Assembly (NCBI GenBank): GCA_964016885.1
Contig: OZ024746.1
Location: 44,454,001-44,518,000, forward strand
Reading direction: 5' to 3'
Length of the DNA: 64,000 nucleotides
Source: Eledone cirrhosa
Taxonomy: Eukaryota
A model generated the notes under the pieces. That model was not told the origin of the DNA. It did no database searches and was given only the letters and a program-made list of their open reading frames with translations. Every line of letters starts with the position of its first letter. Positions within the stretch are counted from its first letter, which is position 1. This document shows, piece by piece, positions 55,900 to 64,000 of this stretch. The translations under genes were made by a program, and so were the position numbers.

Positions 55900-58800
55900 G
55901 ATTTCTTAATTGGCCACAAGTGCTGACATCAAGAAAAACTTTACAGACGGAACAAGTCGGTACGATGTGGGTTTTGTGCGTGTAAATATTTTTATTATTT
56001 ATATAAGAAAAGAAAAAAAAAAGGACATAAAACATATATATATATAAACAATAAAATGAAAATTGAAACAATGAAAAATTCCCCAATAGGGGGAAACCTC
56101 CGAGGGTTACTCGTGGCGAAAACCACACAAAAGACCACGGCCACATTGACTACCAGGGCAAGCGCCCTCTCTCAATTTTTCCATCTCTCAAACTACAGAC
56201 GTATATTCAGAGTGGTCCCGTTCACTCGGACCATTCTCGCTACATTCACCCACCTTTCAACAAACTTGCTAGAAAGCAGCACTTGCCTCTGCACCCTGAT
56301 TTTCCTCTTCAAGTGAAACTTGAAAAAGTTAATTAGGGATTTGCCGAAGAGGAAAGTGTTTGTCTTTAACCCTTTTAATCTTGTCCACCACATAATCTTT
56401 TTCGCCATGGCCACCAGGCAGGTGAAAACCGCCTTCCCTTCCTCCTCGAAGGAAGACGGCGAGACCATCTGCACAATGGACTCAGTCGACAACCGGATCA
56501 GTCCCACACGTGACAGCAACTGTCCACAAGTCAGCAATGCTCGCGCACTGAACGAGTGCGTGCACAACGGTTTCGTCGCTATGCGCGCATCTCGGACAGG
56601 CTCGGCTGACGGCACTTCCGTGCCTGTAGAGCTTATCTCGAACCGGCAGCGCTCCCCGGTAGCACTGCCAGGCCAGGGATTTTTGGAAGTTATCCATAGG
56701 CCCCGGGCTGAAAGTTCTCCCGAAGAGAGCAAACAGCTGATCTTCTTCGACGCCCAGGATCTCTCTGAGAATGTCGTCGCTCTTCTCCTCCACTAGTCCT
56801 CTATAGAACGCCGAGGTGGATGTTCCACCGATACTGGTGCCCAACAGTGAGCGCCTGGAGACATTCTAGTTTCCAAGCGCTACCCCTCGGTCTTTTTCTG
56901 ACCCATAACTGTAGCTCCGTCAAGGAGACGAGCTGTGGGAAAATGTGCTTGGCGAACGGCGACCACACCGTTCACCATCAAGGAAGCACCAGAGATGTCG
57001 CAGCCTCAGCGCATGTTTGCGTATCATCAGCCATGGCATACCCAGTCCTCCACGCAACGGGTGTTGACAGCAGATGGATCGTCTGACTATGGGAGCGCGT
57101 CCCTTCCACAAAAAGCAAAAGAGGAGGCGCTCCATTTTGGTGAGAGTTGGGCTGGAGCAAGGGACGACGGTGGGCGGTAGCAGATGACGGATGCGATGTA
57201 CGCATTCGCCACTTCCGCCCGGCCTTTCAGGGATAGCTTCCTCTCAGCCCATTTCTGGGTGAGGGAGGCCACCCTGCTCGTCACCTCGTTCCAATTTTCC
57301 TCCATCTGGATGTCCGGTCCGAACCGGACCCCGAGCAATTTAACCGGTCCGTCCGTCCAACGCCCCACGACGCTGTCGGACGGCATGGACTTCCCTCTCC
57401 AGGTACCGAACTGCAAGCCCACCGGCTTTTCCTGGTTCATCTCTGCTCCTGTCACCGCTTCGTGCGTGGTGCTCGACACCACCACGGTGACGTCGTCAGC
57501 GTAAGCCGACTCGGATTTCCCGCATCCTAGTTCGCGTGGGACGCCCCTCATCACCCCGGCTCGAGAGACAATACGTACAAGAGGGACGAGAAGGGACAAC
57601 CCTGGCGGCTGATCGCATGATGCTGAACGGCTGCGACAGGTGACCGTTCACCCTCACAACTGAGCAGATGTCGCTGTACATTGCTGCGATCCAACGCCTG
57701 AAAACGGGCCCGAAACCGGCTGCCTCGAGGGCCACCGCCAGGTACCGATGGTCGAACCTATCGAATGCTTTGGATTGATCCAAGTTGATCAGGGCCCCAC
57801 CCTTTCCAGGTTCCTTAACCACCCTTTCTATGATGTATCGCATGAGGTGGAGGTTGTCGTGTATGGATCTGTCCGGAATGGCGCATGTCTGCGCCTCTCC
57901 CACCAGACCCTTGACGACAAGCGCCAACCTCGTTGCTAACACCTTGGCCAAAATCTTGAACTCTGCGTTTAGCAGGGTTATGGAGCTGAAATTATCAAAA
58001 ACATCCCCCTTGTTCGGGTCTTTTCTCAGCAGCGCCACTGCTCCCCGGCTCACAAACCTGGGAATGCTCACGTTCTGCTGCCAGTTGCAGTAGACATCTG
58101 CCAAGAGGTCACCGAACAAGTCTGGCATAAATGCATACAGCTCGTAGGGCAGACCATCTAAACCTGGCGATTTACCTCTTGTGCAGTTAGCCATCGCTTC
58201 CCGTATTTCACCGGCTATTATTGGCTTTCGCAACACTGTGCTGCGGTCGTCGAGAGCCGAGGCAGTCCGTCGAGGTATGCACTGAAGTCCATGCCCCGAT
58301 CCGGGCCGCCGCCTCTCGCGAACAATTCAGCAAAGTGCTGCTGAAAAGCTTCACACATCCGCTCGGGTTCGAGCATCACGCACCCGTTTTGGTCAGACAA
58401 TAACCGAATTGTGGCTTTGATGCCACGTCGCGCCTCTGCCACCCTGGCCCATTGGACGGCTTTTGTCCCCTCGTGTTTCAGAGCACGCGCTCTAGCTCTG
58501 ACCACGCAGCCTTCGTGTTTTGCGTTGAAGAATTGGTCGAGTGCCAATCTCGGCGCAAGCATGTCGGTTGCGATGCCTGTTCTAAACGCCTCTTCTAGCT
58601 TTCTGACTAGCTCTCCCTCTACTCTATTTTCCTCTATCACTACTCCTTTGCTAAACCTAAAATCGACTCTACTTTAATTGCCCTTTTCAGGGCGAACCAC
58701 CAACTGTTGTTGACGCCCGCACCCGTCAACGCCCGCTTAACTAATACGCTAATCCGGTCTCTGTAGGCCTTGCGCGCCGGGAAAGACGCGTTCAGCTTCC

Positions 58801-60490
58801 AGTAACCAGGCCCTTGTGTATGAAGTCTGTCTATGTCGATCTCACAGATCACAAATTCGTAGTCTGTGTAGTCGACTATTTTAAATTGTAGACAACTTAT
58901 ACTAGCCTTATCTAGTTCTCTGCAGAAAACCCTATCGAGATACGATCTGGATGACCCGATGCGGTTTGTCCATGTCCACATTGGCACATTTGGGTGATCC
59001 AGTCGGTACCTGTCAGACAGTTCAAAACGTCTGAGCAGATTGGTGAGGCTCTTGCACCCTCCTCCCCTATCCACTAGCCCCACACGATCCAAGCGTGCAT
59101 CCAAGATACCGTTCCAGTCGCCCACTAACACTAAAGTTCCAAGAAAGGTCTCTAGACGTCTGAAGAAATCTGGCCGTCCTACCCCTGTAGGGGCGTAGAC
59201 GGCTACTAGCCTGAAAGCATTGCCTTCGCTGCCGGTCACGTCCAGCACCAACGACTTACCTTCTGGGTCCAGGAAGATGGCCCGTATCGCGAGATCCAAG
59301 CCACTCCGAAAAAGAACGGTAACTCCTCCCCCCGATCCTGGACGGCTGGGAGATGCGTATATATCGTAGCCGCCGAAGATCGGTGCAAAGGCCCGTGCCT
59401 CGGAGATTCTGGTTTCACTGATGGCCACCACATCTATGTTTAGTGACCTGAGGTCATTGAGCAGGCGACTCTGCTTCCAAGATGACCCCAGGCCACGTGC
59501 ATTTATACTACCTATTCTGAGTACAGCCATGTTGGATGAGAAACGCGGCAAATGAGAAAGGGTCACTTACCTTGTTCGTGTGGTGAAGGGACAGTACAAC
59601 CGTCCCTTTCGATGGTCATGGGTGTTTCCAAGAGGATGTCAGTGTATATCCTCTTGGTAACCGTCCCTCTGAAGTCTCCAACTGCGTTGGGAAATTTTTG
59701 TTTTAAAGGTTTGTACTGTTCTATTGAGATTTCGATGATGCTTATGTTTGTCGGGAGAGTTCTTGGTGTTGGTGGAGTTTAGTAGTTTTTTTCCGTGATG
59801 TCTGTGTGCTGCTTTATATATTGTATGAGTTCTTTTTTTGCCATGTTTATGGCTGTGTACTTTTTGGGGGGAGGGGTGATTCTGTTGCCGTTTTCTTCTT
59901 GTTGCTGTTTGGTGTGTGTGTGTCTTGTTGTGTTTGCGTTGTTGGTGTTTGTGGTGGTGTTGCTGCAAGTTTCCTTGCTGCCTTTACCCCTCTTTGTATG
60001 CCTTCGCTTTTGGAGGGTGAATCTAAGGGTTTTTTTGTTTTTTGTTTTTTGTGGCAGACTGTTTGCCACGTCACTCCCGCCTCAAACTCCATGTCGGATT
60101 CTGTGGCGTCTGGGAGGGGTATGTGCTCCACGGCTGTTGGTGGTGGTAGTAGAGCCCTCTTCGACAATTGTGTTGCTGGTGTAGCTATTTCAAATGTAGC
60201 TATTGGTGTTGCCGCTACTGATGATGCTGCTTTTAGTTATCCGTGGCCTTGGTACGGGTGCTGCGGACGTTTCCCTGCTACTCACCGTGGAAGGGGCTTC
60301 TTCGTTTGTTGCCTGTCCTGCTCTTGGTAGCAGCGGACCAGGTATTGGAAGGAGAGTGGCCCTCTTCGGTGTCTTCTGCGGGCAAAAGGCCCTGAGGTGA
60401 TCCTTCGACCCACAGAGATAACATTTTGGCCGTCTTCCTTCTACACTTTTAGGGAGTTGAAGTCCTTCCTCGAAGTCTATGATATCGGGG
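55900..60490 (-). mobile_element. Tx1/L1-type LINE, 5'-truncated and frameshifted: ORF1 zinc knuckle, APE endonuclease, RT and C-terminal CCHC
   Basis: [14 protein letters not shown]; SINARGL, ISETR, AVYAP, GDWN, YLDR, GPGYWKLN; GKSPGLDG, LLNAEFKILAK, DQSKAFDR, AYADD; CPRC..ETVVHALVQC. Confidence 0.92.
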
Positions 60491-60516
60491 ATAATAATAA
60501 TAATAATAATAATAAT

Positions 60517-62461
60517 CACACAAACAACTCGTTACCGGACGAACAGAAAGGATGCCGAAAGAAGTCACGTGGTACAAAGAACCAGTTACTTATTGATAAG
60601 ATGGTAATGAGGAATTACAAGAGGAGACACACTGGTCTTGCCATGGGATGGATAGACTACAAAAAGGCATTTGACATGGTGCCTCATTCTTGGATCACCA
60701 AAAGCCTGGAGATCTTCAAGGTGGCAGATAACATCAGACAGTTGTTGGGCAAAAGTATGAAGTCCTGGGAAACAGAGTTAACATCAACTGGAGAATCCTT
60801 GGGAAGCGTGAAGATCAAGAGAGGTATCTTCCAGGGAGATAGTCTGTCCCCTCTGTTGTTTGTCCTTGCCCTGATGCCCCTGACCAGTGTACTGCGAAAA
60901 GTGAGAGCAGGATACGGGTTGGGAAAGGGAGGGCTTGCCATCAATCACCTCCTCTTCATGGACGATCTTAAGCTCTTCGGGAAGAGTGAGAAGGAGGTGG
61001 ATGTGCTTGTTGACACTGTCCGTATTTTCAGCAATAATATGTGTATGCAATTTGGTATTAGTAAGTGTGGAGTCATTGTGATGAAGAGGGGTAAGTTGAG
61101 CAGAAGTAACGGAATCCAGGTACCTACAGGTGAGATGATAAAGGAAATTGACTCTGAAGAAGGATACAAGTATTTGGGTGTTCTGGAGGCTGATGACATC
61201 AAGAACAAAAAAATGAAGGAATTGATAAGAACTGAATACATTCGGAGAGTAAGGAGCGTATTAAAGTCACATCTGAACAGTAGGAATGCCATAAGTGCAG
61301 TAAATTTCCGAGCTGTGTCTCGGAATTCTGCAGGAATTCTGAGATGGAATGTTGCTGAACAAAAAGAAATGGATAGGAAGACTAGGAAGCTATTGACTAT
61401 CTACAACATGTTCCACAAGAGGAGTGATGTCGATAGACTCTACTTAAGGAGATCTGAAGGTGGAAGAGGTCTTATCAGCATAGAGGACTGTGTTCAGATG
61501 GAGAAAAACAACCTACACAAATACGTGACTGATAGTAAGGAGCCAATGCTCAGAACTGTACTGAAGGATGGGACAATAGGCCAGGGGATGTCCAAGGAGG
61601 AAATAACATCAAGGAGAAAGAGCAGCCTTCAGGAAAAATCCCTTCATAGTACCTTCTTTGAGAAAACTGAATTTAGAGATCCACAGACATGGAACTGGTT
61701 AAAAAGAGGAGACCTTAAAAAGGCTACAGAAGGAATGTTAATGGCTGCGCAGGAGCAGGCGCTCAAAACGAAGTGGTTGAAACACCATATTTACAAGGAG
61801 GAGGCTAGCCCACTGTGCAGGATGTGTGGTGAGAGAGAGGAGACTGTGGCTCACATTGTATCCGAGTGTAAACACCTAGCCCAGACTCACTATAAGGGCT
61901 GGAGGCATGATGTAATGGGCAGGGTGATCCATTGGCACCTATGCAAAGTAAACAATTTACCACATTCTGAGAAGTGGTATGAGCATAAGCCAGAGTCGGT
62001 GATAAAAAACGATCAGGTGAAGGTGCTGTGGGATTTTAGGATACAGACGGACAAGAAACTGGAACACAATAGACTTGACCTGGTGGTTGTGGACAAAGAA
62101 AAAAGATCGTGCCTGATTGTGGATGTGGCCTTCCCATTCGAAACGAGAGTGCAAGAGAAGGAGAGGGAGAAAATAACCGATACCAGGACTTAAAGTGGGA
62201 GGTAAAAAGGATTTGGAACTGCCATGAAGTCAAAGTGATCCCGATTGCCATAGGCGCACTAGGGACTATCTCAAAAAGTTTCCAGGGATGGTTAAAGAAA
62301 ATTGGCCCCTTCACGCTTTTTGGAACGCTTCAGAAGGCATGCTTGCTGGGAACAGCAAGAACCCTCCGATACGTCCTGAATATCTGAGGCTGCAGGTAGT
62401 GGCTTGATATTCATTTCAACAAACTTTCCAGTTAACTAACATCAATGACTGAGACTCAAAG
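60517..62461 (+). mobile_element. R4/Dong-clade LINE (RT, CCHC and restriction-like endonuclease), 5'-truncated, flanked by (TAA)n
   Basis: [56 protein letters not shown](L)D...DVA; frameshift near 62175; (TAA)n at 60491-60516 and 62462-62497. Confidence 0.92.
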
Positions 62462-62659
62462 AATAATAATAATAGTAATAATAATAATAATAATAATTGA
62501 GCCCCAAAAAATTCGGACCCAAAATATATTGTTATAAGGCTCAAATATTCAAATATTCAACTTTGTATTGTACATTGTATATTCAAAAAAGAAAATGGCT
62601 ATAAATTGAAGAAGAGCCCCCCCCCCCTCCTCTGTCTACGCTATATAGAACAGCCAAAC

Positions 62660-63440
62660 AACACCAATCTCACCAACACCAGAAACTAGATACAACACCT
62701 ACCCCATCACCTCTCTGTGTACACTAAACACAACAGCCAGATAACGGCAATTTCACCACCACCACTCACTACTGCCATCATTACCACCACTATCCCATCA
62801 CCGGCGCCACCACTCCTTCATTGCTACCACCGCTACAACACCATCACTACAGTAATACGATCACATCACCACTGCCTCGGTATCGACATCACCACCACCA
62901 CTGTCTCAGTATCGATACCGCCGCTACTGTCTCCCACATCTCCCCGCTGGCTGCTGCCACCACATTATAGAATTACTATTATAGAATTACTATTATTATT
63001 GTCTCAAATTTAAAAAAAAAATGTTTAATTCCAATTTTACGGGAATATGTCAACACAAAATATAATAAAAATATATATTAAACATACGAACGCAAACTCA
63101 CAGTTACTACATATCAGTAACCACAACGCCACCGCTGCCACCACCCCACCCCATCCATCATTGCTACCACTATCCCATCGTCGCCGCCACCACTCCTTCA
63201 ATGCTACCACCACTATTCCCCTGTTAACTTGAGAGAGAAAGGGGAAGGTGGCGGTATCACTAGACAAGGGAGAGGCTAGCAAAAGATAGATATAAATAGA
63301 TTGACTTAGTGACCTGGCCACGGCCAAACGTCAACATCAACAACTATGGGACTGCTGGCTCACCCCTTCCTCACCAACAATATAAAAAGCCCCGGCACCA
63401 CCACCGACATAGCCAACAACAATAACAGCCAACTACAACA
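62660..63440. repeat. Degenerate (CAC/CAT/CAA)n low-complexity tract
   Basis: Direct reading. Confidence 0.7.
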
Positions 63441-63594
63441 AAAAGTATATTATATTATTGTGATGCACTGGGTGATTGCTGGCCTTGTGCCTGGAGTGGA
63501 GACAATTATTAATAATTTCATTCTTAAGCCACGCAATGCTCACATTAAGGAACCACTCATGATAATAACAATTTAAAAAAACAACAAAAAAGAA

Positions 63595-64000
63595 AACCCC
63601 GTGACCAAGACATACCGGGATGGCGGCCGGCGGGGAATAGCCGTGTCTCTAGGGGAGAACGACCCCTCTGGTCTTGGTTGACACTCGTTCTAGAAGTGGT
63701 AACACGAAATGATTACCCCTTGGCGGATAAGGATAAAACGCGACAAAATAAAGTAAATGTCTAATGATAAAATCTCATACCGGATCGGCCGTCACCCGGG
63801 TAAAAAAGGGCCGCGTCCCTCAGAGAGGAACCAGACTGGGGTCGAAAAATCAGCTAATGGTTCAAACCTTCCCATCACTTCGGAGCTGGAGACCTCCCAT
63901 AACCGGAATACTCCTACAGTTGGCCCTCCATGCTCACCACCAAGAAATCCAAAGAAAAAGAGAGAAAAATGGTCAAGGGAAGATAATAAAGAAGTCCTTG
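63595..64000 (+). mobile_element. Probable 5' end of a second R4/Dong-type LINE; ORF from ATG 63757 runs off the window
   Basis: Manual translation MSNDKISYRIG...PRNPKKKREKWSREDNKEVL resembles the N-terminal RxKWxxExN motif of R4/Dong ORFs; GC-rich leader. Confidence 0.55.

Noticed and set aside
60397-60516. N-terminus of the 598-aa ORF as part of the Dong protein
   Set aside because: It is antisense Tx1 ORF1 plus the (TAA)n tract read in frame; the element is 5'-truncated at about 60517.

Overview
AT-rich, microsatellite-saturated eukaryotic (animal) DNA. The SINEs and LINE tails resemble those of coleoid cephalopods (Octopus-like), which is an inference. No host protein-coding exon can be supported, and most listed ORFs are (TA)n/(CA)n/(GA)n artefacts. 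The window is a retroelement graveyard: three Penelope-like element (PLE) families with RT and GIY-YIG domains (one Naiad-like, two Neptune-type), a Tx1/L1-type LINE, two R4/Dong-type LINE pieces, RTE fragments, an Ingi-like fragment, tRNA-derived Nin-domain SINEs and a scrambled hAT transposase relic. The most striking hidden layer, read by eye, is about 25 minimal type I hammerhead ribozyme (HHR) motifs from about 12 sequence families. They lie in PLE pseudo-LTRs, in retrozyme-like tandem arrays (466 bp and about 533 bp units) and in small non-coding fold-back elements, nearly all inserted into (TA)n microsatellites. Some families carry fixed non-canonical catalytic cores. Candidate HDV-like folds occur in the RTE and Dong 5' UTRs.
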